In this document: positions 1 to 9,764 of the stretch, one piece after another | Numbering within the stretch: position 1 is the stretch's first letter | Layout of the letters: every line of letters begins with the position of its first letter | Made by a program: the position numbers and the translations under genes | Assembly: GCA_963675295.2 (NCBI GenBank) | Contig: CAXXKJ010000002.1 | Location: 2,944,001 to 3,008,000, forward strand | Length of the DNA stretch: 64,000 nt | Origin: a bacterium | GTDB taxonomy: Bacteria; Electryoneota; Electryoneia; Electryoneales; Electryoneaceae | Reading direction: 5' to 3' | Notes under the pieces: model-generated | What the model saw: the letters and a program-made list of their open reading frames with translations, nothing else | What the model was told of the DNA's origin: nothing | Databases searched by the model: none

Positions 1-1
1 G

Positions 2-1405
2 AAAGCCGTCCGCGACGCCCTGGTCGCGATGGCGTCCGGCGGGTTGCAGGACCACATCGGTGGTGGATTTCACCGCTACACGACGGATGCGTCGTGGACC
101 GTGCCCCACTTCGAAAAAATGCTGTACGACAACGCGCAGCTTGCGTCACTGTACCTCGAAATGGCGGCGGTGTGCGACGACAAGGCGCTATACAGCCGTG
201 TTGCCAAACGTACACTCAACTTCCTGCTCAACGAGATGTACGATGAAGAACTGGGCGGTTTTTTTGCCAGTTTCGATGCTGACAGCGGTGGCGCGGAGGG
301 ATCGTTCTACGTCTGGACACCGGCGGAGATCAAGGCGGTTGTCGGGCCGAAGGATGCAGAAGCGTTGTGTATGCTGTTCGGCGTTACCGAGGAAGGCAAT
401 TTCGACGGCAACCGGACCGTACTGACGCGGCGCTATCCATACGAGGATGTCGTTGCCCGCACCGGCCGCCCGCTGGAAGAACTTAAAGCATTGGTTGAAG
501 AACACCGTAAGCCGTTGTATTACGCCCGTTCACGCCGGATCCCGCCAACTCTGGACAAGAAGATCGTCACCTCGTGGAACGCGCTGGCGGTCTCGGCGAT
601 GGTCCAGGGCTACCGTTATTTTGGCGACGAACGTTACCTCAACGCCGCGGAGAAAACCGTCGCCTTCCTGCGCAAGCACCATTGGCATGACCGCGCGCTG
701 GTCCGTGCATCTACAGAGGGCACGACCGCTGGGGATGGCATTCTCGATGACTACGCATTCCTCGCCAACGCACTGATCGACCTGTTCCAGGCCACCGGCA
801 ACGCCGATCATGTTGTCTGGGCGGACGAACTTACCGGCATCATGCAACGGCGGTTCCGGCATGAATCAGCCGGCTTCTACCACACCTCGCGCAATACCGA
901 AGCCCCGCTCGGGCGTCAGGTTGAAATCCTCGACAACGTGGAACCGAGCGGCTTGTCGATGGCATTGCACGTGTTGCTGCGGATGGCGGCACTGCAGTCT
1001 GACCAAACTTATACTGAACAAGTGAGTACAGATATTGAAGCGTTCGCGCAAATTATCAAGAAAGCTGGACTGGATATGGCGGGCTGGGTCGATGCTGCCC
1101 TGTTGCTACTGAACCCGATGTATGAGCTGGTCATCGTCCGGCCGATTGAAACGACCGCTGAACTCCCGAAACGGTCGGCACTTCGACAAAGTGTGGACGA
1201 GCTTTTACCACCGTATGTACAGGTCATTCCGCTGGAGGATGATCTTCCAACCCCTGACATGATGAACCTGCTCCCCGGGATTGGGGATAAACCCGCTCTG
1301 GATGGACAGATTACCGGGTACGTTTGTCAGTTTGGACAGTGCAATGCGCCGACATCATCCATTGACCAACTTACGCAACAACTTCTGGCCGAGTGGAAGA
1401 AATAA
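2..1405 (+). CDS. YyaL/SSP411 (DUF255) thioredoxin-domain protein, alpha/alpha-toroid part (5' truncated by window edge)
   Basis: Motifs GGFHRY...W.VPHFEKMLYDNAQL, DADS..EG.FYVW, LDKKI.TSWNAL and LDDYA. The frame is open back to position 2. Confidence 0.9.
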   Translation, partial: KAVRDALVAMASGGLQDHIGGGFHRYTTDASWTVPHFEKMLYDNAQLASLYLEMAAVCDDKALYSRVAKRTLNFLLNEMYDEELGGFFASFDADSGGAEGSFYVWTPAEIKAVVGPKDAEALCMLFGVTEEGNFDGNRTVLTRRYPYEDVVARTGRPLEELKALVEEHRKPLYYARSRRIPPTLDKKIVTSWNALAVSAMVQGYRYFGDERYLNAAEKTVAFLRKHHWHDRALVRASTEGTTAGDGILDDYAFLANALIDLFQATGNADHVVWADELTGIMQRRFRHESAGFYHTSRNTEAPLGRQVEILDNVEPSGLSMALHVLLRMAALQSDQTYTEQVSTDIEAFAQIIKKAGLDMAGWVDAALLLLNPMYELVIVRPIETTAELPKRSALRQSVDELLPPYVQVIPLEDDLPTPDMMNLLPGIGDKPALDGQITGYVCQFGQCNAPTSSIDQLTQQLLAEWKK

Positions 1406-1437
1406 AAATGAGTTCGCTCCCGCTAAACGTACGGAAT

Positions 1438-1464
1438 CGGCTCCCCTGGAGCCGTTTTCTTTTT
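1438..1464 (+). terminator. Intrinsic terminator
   Basis: CGGCTCC-cct-GGAGCCG hairpin followed by TTTTCTTTTT just after the stop codon. Confidence 0.7.
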
Positions 1465-1719
1465 GTCTTTTTCTGGACTATTTATCAAATGAAGGTCAGT
1501 ATTATCAAAATTTTGCATAAACGCATGAGAAGCATCAGTGTACTATTATACGAGAACATCACAAATTCCCAGATTCGCCATTTTTCGTTTTAAATCGTGT
1601 TATCTTTTTCAAAGATGGTGATCGTGCTCCAAAGGGGGGTCTGCACGAAAGCCCGGGGGATTTCCATAGTCCACAGCTTCCAGGTGTAATTCGGAAGCAT
1701 TCCGGGAGGGACCGCACCA

Positions 1720-3996
1720 ATGAAGCGTAGCGTCAACACGAAACTTCTCGCCTCTGTCTTCATCGCGTTGATTACGGCGATGGGACTCTCAATGTCGATC
1801 CTGTTCAGTGTCCAGCATAACCGTGAAGTACAGGCAGCCGAAAACGAAGTCCTTTCGGTATCGAAGATGCTGGTTCACTCGCTGGAATTCGCGATGAATG
1901 AGGGAATCTTTGAGTTCGAGGATTTCCAGAAGGAAGCGGAGACGACGGGTAACACGCGCGAGTTACGCATCCTCCCCACCGATGTAATTGAATCAGGTGC
2001 GAATGCCAGGTTGGACGACTTCGAGCTGGCCAGTTTTAAAACAGCCGATATTCAAATTACTCAAGAAGAGTTTGAAGGGGAATCGGTGGTCCGTGTCGCG
2101 ACGCCAATGATAGCCACCGCGAGCTGCATTGATTGTCATGGGGGCAATGTTGGCGATGTCTTGTCGGTGGTCAGCATCCGTTCATCAATTGATGAGAACA
2201 TGCACTCACTGGCCGCCTTCCAGGTGAAGGCCGGCTTGATGATTATCGGCGCGATCGTGCTTACGCTGGTGCTGATTTATTTCCTCGTCCGGCATTCAAT
2301 CGTTCGCAAGTTGAAGAATCTGGTGTCCTTCTCGAATGACCTGACGCGTGGCGATCTGACGACCACAATGCAGGAATATGGTGAGGACGAAGTCGGCGAG
2401 GTTGCCAGTTCGCTGGCATCCATTCATGACATGTTGAAGACCAAGGCGGCCGAAGCCGATTCCATTGCCAACGGGGATTTGTCCATCAAGATCAAGGTGC
2501 TGTCGGAACAGGACGAACTCGGCTATGCAATGCGTCGTGTCTCGGCAAACCTGTTGCAGATGCGTGATGAGCTGGCTGATACCATCGAACAACAGATAGC
2601 CGGCAATCTCGACAGCCGTTGCCGGACCGAGATTGTGGCGGGAACGTATCGTGAACTGATGGAGGGCATCAATCGAGTCATTGACGCGATCGTCGCGCCG
2701 ATGATGCGTGCGGTGACCCTGCTGTCGCAATACGCCGAAGGTGATTTCCGCAAGAAAATGGACGACCTGCCAGGCAAGCAGATCGAATTTACCCGTGCGT
2801 TAAACACGATCAACGAAAACCTCACCGAACTCTGTGGCGAGGGGATGCGCTTCATCAACGCGACGCGGAATGGTGAGTTGGGCCTCGAATTCGAGAATGA
2901 CCGGTTCCACGGAACGTACCGTCAGATCGTGCAGGGCTTCAGCGAGGGTCTGGCAAACCTGAAGGCGCCGATCCGTCAGACGATTCACGTGCTGGAAGCT
3001 CTCGCCCAGGGCGATCTGACGGAATCGACGGATGGAGATTTCGTGGGCGAGTATGCGATTCTGAACGATTCGCTCACCGCGACGCTGGACTCGTTGAATG
3101 AGATGATGGTGCTTGTGGCGCAGAGTGTGGAGTCGGTAACGGTCAGTTCGGATCAGGTGTCAACGTCCAGCCAGTCGATGAGTGCCGGCGCGACGCAGCA
3201 GGCGTCCAGTCTGGAAGAGATCAACGCGGCGATGGTCGAGCTGGATGCGCAAACGAAGGAGAACACGACCAACGCGACCGAGGTACGCCGTTTAAGCACA
3301 CAGGCCCTGCAGTCTGCGAAGACCGGCGATGAGCAGATGGAGAGTATGCTCGTGGCGATGAAGGACATCACCGACGATTCGCAGAAGGTGCAGCGGATCA
3401 TCAAGATCATTGACGAAATCGCGTTCCAGACAAACCTGCTGGCATTGAACGCGGCTGTCGAAGCAGCGCGGGCGGGTGTTCACGGACGCGGCTTTGCGGT
3501 CGTGGCGGAAGAGGTTCGCAATCTCGCGCAACGGTCGGCCAAGGCTGCTGCAGAAACGAACGATATTATCGAAGGCAATCTGGCCAGCGTGACCCGTGGG
3601 TCGGACATCGCCCAGAACACCGCTGGTTCGTTGAAAGAGATCATCGAGAGCATCAGTGATGTTGCCGATCTGGTCAACGGTATCGCAAAGTCCAGTGAGG
3701 AACAGACGAACGTGACTCATGACATCAGTTCATCGCTGAACCAGATCGATAATGTCACGCAATCAAACGCCGCGGTTGCAGAGGAAACCGCTGCTGCCGC
3801 CGAGGAACTGCACTCGCAGATCACGACGTTGCAGGGCATGTTGGAACGGTTCTCCCTGCGGGATGATGATCCTGCAGCATCCGCAAGCAAGCGCAGCGGG
3901 TCAGCAGGCCAGTTCAGCAACGGAAACGGCCATGTGAACGGCCAACGCGATGATGACTTTGAGTTGGAAGATATCAGCCTGTCGGATTTTGACTGA
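1720..3996 (+). CDS. Methyl-accepting chemotaxis protein with periplasmic CxxCH heme-c sensor and poly-HAMP region
   Basis: Two TM segments flank a domain containing SCIDCH. Repeated HAMP-like units. Signalling hairpin [41 protein letters not shown]. Confidence 0.93.
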   Translation: MKRSVNTKLLASVFIALITAMGLSMSILFSVQHNREVQAAENEVLSVSKMLVHSLEFAMNEGIFEFEDFQKEAETTGNTRELRILPTDVIESGANARLDDFELASFKTADIQITQEEFEGESVVRVATPMIATASCIDCHGGNVGDVLSVVSIRSSIDENMHSLAAFQVKAGLMIIGAIVLTLVLIYFLVRHSIVRKLKNLVSFSNDLTRGDLTTTMQEYGEDEVGEVASSLASIHDMLKTKAAEADSIANGDLSIKIKVLSEQDELGYAMRRVSANLLQMRDELADTIEQQIAGNLDSRCRTEIVAGTYRELMEGINRVIDAIVAPMMRAVTLLSQYAEGDFRKKMDDLPGKQIEFTRALNTINENLTELCGEGMRFINATRNGELGLEFENDRFHGTYRQIVQGFSEGLANLKAPIRQTIHVLEALAQGDLTESTDGDFVGEYAILNDSLTATLDSLNEMMVLVAQSVESVTVSSDQVSTSSQSMSAGATQQASSLEEINAAMVELDAQTKENTTNATEVRRLSTQALQSAKTGDEQMESMLVAMKDITDDSQKVQRIIKIIDEIAFQTNLLALNAAVEAARAGVHGRGFAVVAEEVRNLAQRSAKAAAETNDIIEGNLASVTRGSDIAQNTAGSLKEIIESISDVADLVNGIAKSSEEQTNVTHDISSSLNQIDNVTQSNAAVAEETAAAAEELHSQITTLQGMLERFSLRDDDPAASASKRSGSAGQFSNGNGHVNGQRDDDFELEDISLSDFD

Positions 3997-4025
3997 TCTG
4001 ACTTTGATAGGATAGTGCACCACGC

Positions 4026-4060
4026 AAAACGTCCGGCCAAATTCAGGCCGGACGTTCTTT
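4026..4060. terminator. Bidirectional terminator between convergent MCP and cls genes
   Basis: AACGTCCGGCC-N7-GGCCGGACGTT stem flanked by A and T runs. Confidence 0.7.
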
Positions 4061-4091
4061 CTCACCCTGCATGCATGTTGACACAAAGCGG

Positions 4092-5606
4092 TTACAGGAA
4101 CGGGCTCAGCATCTTCGCCGCATTCTGCACCACTTTCTTGATCAATGGACGGCTCGACCAGATCTCGTTGCTCACCCGGTCGCAATGCTGGAGTAGGCTG
4201 TTCTGGTAGTCGCGGATCCCGGTGACTGATATCCTGCCGTAGAGAACAAGCGTGAGTTCATAATTCAGCTCGAACGAGCGAATATCGAAGTTTCCTGTGC
4301 TGACGAACGCGAGCCGGTCGTCGACGGTCAGGCTCTTGGCGTGCAGCAGATCATTCCGGTATTGCTGAATCTCGACGCCCATGTCGAGCAGCTCACGGAA
4401 GTAGGCGTGTGAGGCCATATCCACGAACGAGTGGTTTGAATGTCCTGGTACGATCAAGGTGACCTTGACGTCCCGCAGGATCGCCGACCGCAACGAGTTC
4501 AGGATCGTCATGTTCGGCACCAGGTAGGGCGTCGTCAGCACCACACTTTCCTTTGCTTGGTGTAACGCGGCGAGGATGGCCTGCAGGAAGTTGAGTTGAT
4601 CATAATTCGGCCCGCTGGGCAGCACTTGCACCGGAATGGTTGCCGAACCGTCAAATTCCGGGAACAGGTTATCCTGCTGCAGATCCTCACGGGTTTCAGC
4701 GTTCCAGTCCTGAACGAACACGGTTTGCAGCTGATTAACCACCGGACCGGTCACCCGCACCATCATGTCGAGCCAGTGCAGCTTTCCGTTGGTGTTGTAG
4801 TCTGTGTCGACGGCGTTCATCGAGCCGGTCCACGCCGTGTGGCCGTCCACGATCACCAGCTTGCGGTGGTTGCGCAGGTCCATGCGCACATATTGCCGCA
4901 GCTTCGGTCTCATCGGGAAGAAGTTGTGGAATTCGATTCCGGCAGCCAGCATCCGTTCCTCCATCTCGCCGATGAACGGCGCCGACCCGCTGGCGTCCAC
5001 CAGCACCCGGACGGCTACTCCCCTCTCCACCGCCCGGCTTAGTGCACGGGCCAGGCGTTTGCCGGTCTCGTCCTCCGCGAAGATGTAGAACAGGACGTGG
5101 ACGTAGTGGGTGGCGCTATCGATGTCCGCAACCATCCGATCGACGATGACCGGATGCAGATCCAGACTCTCGACGCTTCCCGCTGCGGTTACCGGTAAGC
5201 CGCCGAGATTCTCCACCAATCTCGCGAAGGGCACGAGATCCGGCGGGCATTCGGCATGTGGGTTCGGTTCAAGCTTGCGTAGCTCGTCCAGAATGATCCG
5301 GAACCGGCGTTGCAGGCGTTTGTGCTGCTCCTGGTAGGCTTTCGGCAGCTTGTTGTTGCCAAAGGTGAGAAACAGCGGCAGCCCAAGCCATGGCATGAAC
5401 AGGATGGTCAGCACCCACGCCAGGAGCGAGGACGCTTCCCGCCGATGCCGCACGAGCAGGATCGCCAGCGACACGATACGCATCACCCAGCGCGCGGCGA
5501 GATACAATACCGACGGAACCGCCGGAAACTGTAACTGCCGCAATTGCGCCGCTGTCGGGGCTTGTACCCGTTTCCACGGCCACAACCATTTCACAAGCCT
5601 GCTCAT
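4092..5606 (-). CDS. cls: Cardiolipin synthase
   Basis: Two HKD motifs (HRKLVIVDG, HAKSLTVDD), N-terminal TM helices, PSGP and TPYLVP motifs. Confidence 0.92.
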   Translation of the reverse strand: MSRLVKWLWPWKRVQAPTAAQLRQLQFPAVPSVLYLAARWVMRIVSLAILLVRHRREASSLLAWVLTILFMPWLGLPLFLTFGNNKLPKAYQEQHKRLQRRFRIILDELRKLEPNPHAECPPDLVPFARLVENLGGLPVTAAGSVESLDLHPVIVDRMVADIDSATHYVHVLFYIFAEDETGKRLARALSRAVERGVAVRVLVDASGSAPFIGEMEERMLAAGIEFHNFFPMRPKLRQYVRMDLRNHRKLVIVDGHTAWTGSMNAVDTDYNTNGKLHWLDMMVRVTGPVVNQLQTVFVQDWNAETREDLQQDNLFPEFDGSATIPVQVLPSGPNYDQLNFLQAILAALHQAKESVVLTTPYLVPNMTILNSLRSAILRDVKVTLIVPGHSNHSFVDMASHAYFRELLDMGVEIQQYRNDLLHAKSLTVDDRLAFVSTGNFDIRSFELNYELTLVLYGRISVTGIRDYQNSLLQHCDRVSNEIWSSRPLIKKVVQNAAKMLSPFL

Positions 5607-5676
5607 TCACCTCTCCGCAACCGTCGCCAACCAGGTTTTTGTCTGGCAAACGTACTCCAGCTTTGTGAGACAACAA

Positions 5677-6234
5677 TTACACGTGCCGGATGATTTCATC
5701 GGCGGCTTTGCGTGTGCGTGGCTTATCGTCCAAGCCCTTGTAGACATCCGGAACGTGGGAGTCGTCGGGATTACGCTTGCCGATGGCGACCATCACGATG
5801 GGCTCGTCATCGTCGTCAAGGCCGAAATCGTCACGAATCATGTCCGGCTTCCATCCGGCCATCGGTCTGGCGACGAGGTCATGCGCGGTAGCTTCGAGCA
5901 TCAGGTTCATCGTCGCCATGCCGGTATCGAAATGATAGTACTCTCTTCCGTCTCCCGGCTGGCAATCATTTTGCGCTTTCGCGTATCCAATTACCAATAA
6001 TGGAGCAGTGATCGCCCAGCCGCGGTTTCCGCCGGTAAGCGCTTCGCGTGCCTTTTCCAGTCCTTCTTCGGATTGCACGAAAAGGTAGCGCCAGGGCTGC
6101 TTGTTCATGCAGGACGGGGTCAGCCGGATCGCTTCGATCAGCGAGTTCACGGTGTCCTGCGGGAGTGGATCAGGCAGGATCGCGCGGGTGGCGTAACGGT
6201 CGTTGAGTAGTCTCAGGAGAGGACTTTCAGGCAT
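5677..6234 (-). CDS. Nitroreductase family protein
   Basis: R.ATR, TPS..N.QPWRY, FDTG.A..NL.L.A...L motifs. GGAGG RBS before ATG at 6234. Confidence 0.88.
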   Translation of the reverse strand: MPESPLLRLLNDRYATRAILPDPLPQDTVNSLIEAIRLTPSCMNKQPWRYLFVQSEEGLEKAREALTGGNRGWAITAPLLVIGYAKAQNDCQPGDGREYYHFDTGMATMNLMLEATAHDLVARPMAGWKPDMIRDDFGLDDDDEPIVMVAIGKRNPDDSHVPDVYKGLDDKPRTRKAADEIIRHV

Positions 6235-6428
6235 GGTAGCCTCCATTATGCGTTTTTGTTAACATGACCTAAATCTACATTGTCTTACAACTTAATCACC
6301 ATGCGGGTTTCACGGTCCGGGGCCCACTTGGAGGACTACTTGATTAATCACGGGTCAGCCGTTACTTTCTCAGCCTGCAAATCCGCCGTACAAGCCAGAT
6401 AGCATTCACATACCGAGGGCATTCGAAC

Positions 6429-7628
6429 ATGATTGTCGGTGTTCCCAAGGAGTTGTACCCGGGCGAGAAACGCGTCGCCATGGTCCCGGACCTCGTTCCG
6501 ATGCTGAAGAAGCGCGGAATCGATGTCATCGTGGAGCAGGGGGCCGGTTTCGGTGCCGGGCACCTCGACAAAGTGTACGAGGAAAAAGGTGCGACGGTCA
6601 CGGCCAGCCGGGACGAGATTTTCCAGAAATCGGATATCATCGTCCAGGTTCGTTCGTATGGTGGCGACGAGGACGCGTCGAAGGAAGACCTCGCACGCAT
6701 GAAGGCCGGCCAGCTGGTTTGCGGTCAGTCGGACTCGCTGGGCAACGCGGAAAAGGCGAAGGAATACGCGGACAAGAAGGTGAACCTGTTCTCGATGGAA
6801 CTGGTTCCGCGTATCACTCGCGCTCAGAGCATGGACGTTTTGTCCTCCCAGGCAAACATCGCGGGTTACAAAGCGGTTTTGCTGGGTGCTGCCGAGTTGC
6901 CGAAAATTTTCCCGATGATGATGACAGCGGCGGGCACGATTGCCCCGGCGAAGGTGTTTGTCATCGGTGCCGGTGTTGCGGGTTTGTCGGCGATTGCGAC
7001 GGCCAAGCGTCTCGGCGCGGTTGTGCATGCGTTTGACGTGCGTCCGGAGGTGAAGGAACAGATCGAGTCGCTCGGCGGGAAGTTCGTCGAGGTCGAGCTC
7101 GATACGTCCGAAGCCAAGGGCGAAGGCGGCTACGCGAAGGAACAGAGCGAAGAGTTCCTCAAGAAGCAACGCGAGATGATGGCGAAGGTGGTCGCGGAGT
7201 CGGATGTGATCGTCACCACCGCTGCGATTCCGGGCCGCAAGAGCCCGGTGATCGTCACCGCGGACATGGTCAAGCACATGCATCCGGGCTCGGTGATCAT
7301 CGACCTCGCCAGTGAGCGTGGCGGTAACTGTGAGCTGACGAAGCATGGTGAGCGGATCATCGAAAATGATGTCGTCATCATCGGCCCGTCGAACATCGTC
7401 TCGACGGTTGCGACTCACGCGAGCCAGATGTATGCGAAGAACATCCAGACCCTGCTGTTCCACCTCATCGACAAGGAAGGCAACTACAACCTTGACATGA
7501 GCGACGAGATCAACGAGGGTTCGATGGTTGTGTATAACGGGGAAGTTGTGCACGCACGTGTCCGTGACATCCTCGGCATGCCGGCGAAGGCGAAGCCGGC
7601 CGAATCCAACGATACGAAGGAGGCGTAA
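6429..7628 (+). CDS. pntAA: NAD(P) transhydrogenase subunit alpha part 1 (domain I)
   Basis: GVPKE...EKRVA, RITRAQSMDVLSSQ, GAGVAGL, GEGGYAKE motifs. Confidence 0.96.
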   Translation: MIVGVPKELYPGEKRVAMVPDLVPMLKKRGIDVIVEQGAGFGAGHLDKVYEEKGATVTASRDEIFQKSDIIVQVRSYGGDEDASKEDLARMKAGQLVCGQSDSLGNAEKAKEYADKKVNLFSMELVPRITRAQSMDVLSSQANIAGYKAVLLGAAELPKIFPMMMTAAGTIAPAKVFVIGAGVAGLSAIATAKRLGAVVHAFDVRPEVKEQIESLGGKFVEVELDTSEAKGEGGYAKEQSEEFLKKQREMMAKVVAESDVIVTTAAIPGRKSPVIVTADMVKHMHPGSVIIDLASERGGNCELTKHGERIIENDVVIIGPSNIVSTVATHASQMYAKNIQTLLFHLIDKEGNYNLDMSDEINEGSMVVYNGEVVHARVRDILGMPAKAKPAESNDTKEA

Positions 7629-7912
7629 TGGACCTCGTCATGCTGCTGACGGTCTTCGTCCTCGCGATTTTCGTGGGGTTCGAGGTGATCACCAAGGTGC
7701 CGCCGACGTTGCATACGCCGTTGATGTCGGGATCGAACGCGATTTCCGGGATCACGATTGTCGGTGCGCTGCTGGCCGCTGGTGCCGCGGCGGAACACTC
7801 GACACACCTGGCGAAGACATTTGGGATGATCGCGCTGGTGTTCGCCACCATTAACGTGGTCGGCGGGTTCCTCGTGACCCATCGTATGCTGAAGATGTTC
7901 AAGAAGAAATAA
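7628..7912 (+). CDS. pntAB: NAD(P) transhydrogenase subunit alpha part 2
   Basis: VPPTLHTPLMSGSNAISG and NVVGGFLVTHRMLKMF. TAATG coupling to pntAA. Confidence 0.96.
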   Translation: MDLVMLLTVFVLAIFVGFEVITKVPPTLHTPLMSGSNAISGITIVGALLAAGAAAEHSTHLAKTFGMIALVFATINVVGGFLVTHRMLKMFKKK

Positions 7913-7924
7913 GGGGCCGCAGAC

Positions 7925-9508
7925 ATGCTGAGTCATAGTGTAGTCAACATTGCCTACGTGGTGGCGGCGGTCCTGTTCATCTTCGGATTGAAGGGCATGG
8001 CGCACCCACGCACGGCGGTCAAGGGCAACCTGACCGGCGCGGTGGGTATGCTGATCGCCGTCCTCGCAACGGTTCTCAGCCCGGAGTTCGGGCTGGACTG
8101 GATTTACGTTCTCATCGGTCTCGCGATTGGTACCGTGATTGGTGCTGTTTTCGCCGTACGCATCGCGATGACCTCGATGCCGGAACTGGTGGCGTTGTTT
8201 AACGGTTTCGGTGGTGCGGCGTCAATCGTCGTCGCCGCGGCCGAGCTGGTTAAGTACTTTGAACACGGTGCCGGTGCGGAAGTCAACATCACCCAGATGT
8301 CGATTGCGACCGTGCTCGCCGGGCTGATTGGTTCGGTAACGTTCTTCGGATCGTACATCGCGTTTGGTAAGCTGGCCGAGTTCCTCGCGGTCAAGTGGAA
8401 GCTGTATCCGTGGCAACGGATGGTGAAGTTCCTCGCCGCCGCGATCTTCGTCGCCTTCGGCGGGTTTATTGCCTGGGCGTACAGCTTCAGCATCTTCTCG
8501 ATTCTGTCGCTCGTGTTCCTGCTGATCACGGCGTTGATCACCTACGCGAAGAAGGCTGTCTTCCCGGGCATGCAGGCGCTGAAGCTCGTCGCCGCGATCG
8601 CAACGGTCGCCGTCGGCGTGATGATGGTCCTGCAGACCATGGGCGTGATGACGTTCGCGGCCAACCCGATGGACCTGTTCTGGCTGCTGGTTGCGATTTC
8701 GGCACTGCTTGGTGTGACGCTCACCTTCTCCATCGGTGGTGCGGACATGCCGGTAGTGATTGCGTTGCTCAACAGCTATTCCGGTATTGCAGCGGCGATG
8801 ACTGGTTTCGTGATCAACAACACGGTTCTGATCATCGCCGGTTCGCTCGTCGGTGCGTCGGGTATCATCCTGACGAACCTGATGTGCGTCGCGATGAACC
8901 GTTCGCTGACCAACGTGCTGTTCGGCGCGATGGGTTCGTCGGTGCAGGATGTGGACGTTGACGAAGTCTACAAGACGGTCAAGAGTACGTCCGCGGACGA
9001 AATCGCGATGATGCTCGAGATGGCGCAGAAGGTGCTGATCGTGCCGGGCTACGGCATGGCGGTATCGCAGGCTCAGCACACCGTGCGTGACCTCGCCAAC
9101 CTGCTCGAATCCAAGTGGGAAATCGAGGTTGTCTACGGCGTCCACCCGGTCGCCGGCCGTATGCCGGGCCACATGAACGTGCTGCTCGCGGAAGCGAACG
9201 TGCCGTACGACAAGCTGCTCGAGATGGACACCATCAATTCGATGATGGATTCGATTGATGTCGCCATCGTGATCGGCGCCAACGACGTGGTCAACCCCGT
9301 CGCGCGCACCGACCCGGACAGCCCGATCGCCGGTATGCCGATCATCGACGTCGACAAGGCGCGCACGGTCATCATGATCAAGCGTTCGCTGAGCCCGGGC
9401 TTCGCCGGTATCCCGAACCCGCTGTTCGCCGCCGAAAACGCGTTGATGTTCTTCAACGACGGTAAGAAGGCGTTCAACGAGATCATCACGGCGGTCAAGG
9501 AGTCGTAA
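7925..9508 (+). CDS. pntB: NAD(P) transhydrogenase subunit beta
   Basis: MPELVALFNGFGG, IGGADMPVVIALLNSYSG, PGYGMAV, HPVAGRMPGHMNVLLAEA, GANDVVNP. Confidence 0.96.
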   Translation: MLSHSVVNIAYVVAAVLFIFGLKGMAHPRTAVKGNLTGAVGMLIAVLATVLSPEFGLDWIYVLIGLAIGTVIGAVFAVRIAMTSMPELVALFNGFGGAASIVVAAAELVKYFEHGAGAEVNITQMSIATVLAGLIGSVTFFGSYIAFGKLAEFLAVKWKLYPWQRMVKFLAAAIFVAFGGFIAWAYSFSIFSILSLVFLLITALITYAKKAVFPGMQALKLVAAIATVAVGVMMVLQTMGVMTFAANPMDLFWLLVAISALLGVTLTFSIGGADMPVVIALLNSYSGIAAAMTGFVINNTVLIIAGSLVGASGIILTNLMCVAMNRSLTNVLFGAMGSSVQDVDVDEVYKTVKSTSADEIAMMLEMAQKVLIVPGYGMAVSQAQHTVRDLANLLESKWEIEVVYGVHPVAGRMPGHMNVLLAEANVPYDKLLEMDTINSMMDSIDVAIVIGANDVVNPVARTDPDSPIAGMPIIDVDKARTVIMIKRSLSPGFAGIPNPLFAAENALMFFNDGKKAFNEIITAVKES

Positions 9509-9511
9509 AAG

Positions 9512-9558
9512 ACAGTCGTCAGTGATCAGTGATCAGTGATCAGTACTCAGTACTCAGG
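9512..9558. repeat. Heptamer tandem repeat (TCAGTGA x3, TCAGTAC x2, degenerate flanks)
   Basis: Read directly, immediately after the pntB stop. Confidence 0.85.
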
Positions 9559-9566
9559 AAAACCTC

Positions 9567-9599
9567 AAGCCCGGTGGCGAACATGCTGCCGGGCTTTTT
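9567..9599 (+). terminator. Intrinsic terminator of pnt operon
   Basis: AAGCCCGGTGGC-N6-GCTGCCGGGCTT followed by a T run. Confidence 0.8.
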
Positions 9600-9764
9600 G
9601 CTGTAGCACACGGCACTTCGGGAATTCCATTCCGTTGAATCCGTTCAACAATCTGAGATATCGGTTGTGAATTGTTGCGGCGGGAGGCTTCTTGCACTAC
9701 CATTCTGGATAATGGACAATGAAATCGCTGGCAAGTACCCGGCCAAATCGAAGGAGACCGTTAA

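Noticed and set aside
1600-1719. c-di-GMP/GEMM riboswitch upstream of the MCP
   Set aside because: The conserved GGCAAA...GAAA...GGACGCAAA pattern is not present.
6258-6275. Rex-like operator upstream of pnt (TTGTTAA...)
   Set aside because: Only the left half matches TTGTGAA-N4-TTCACAA; no palindromic right half.
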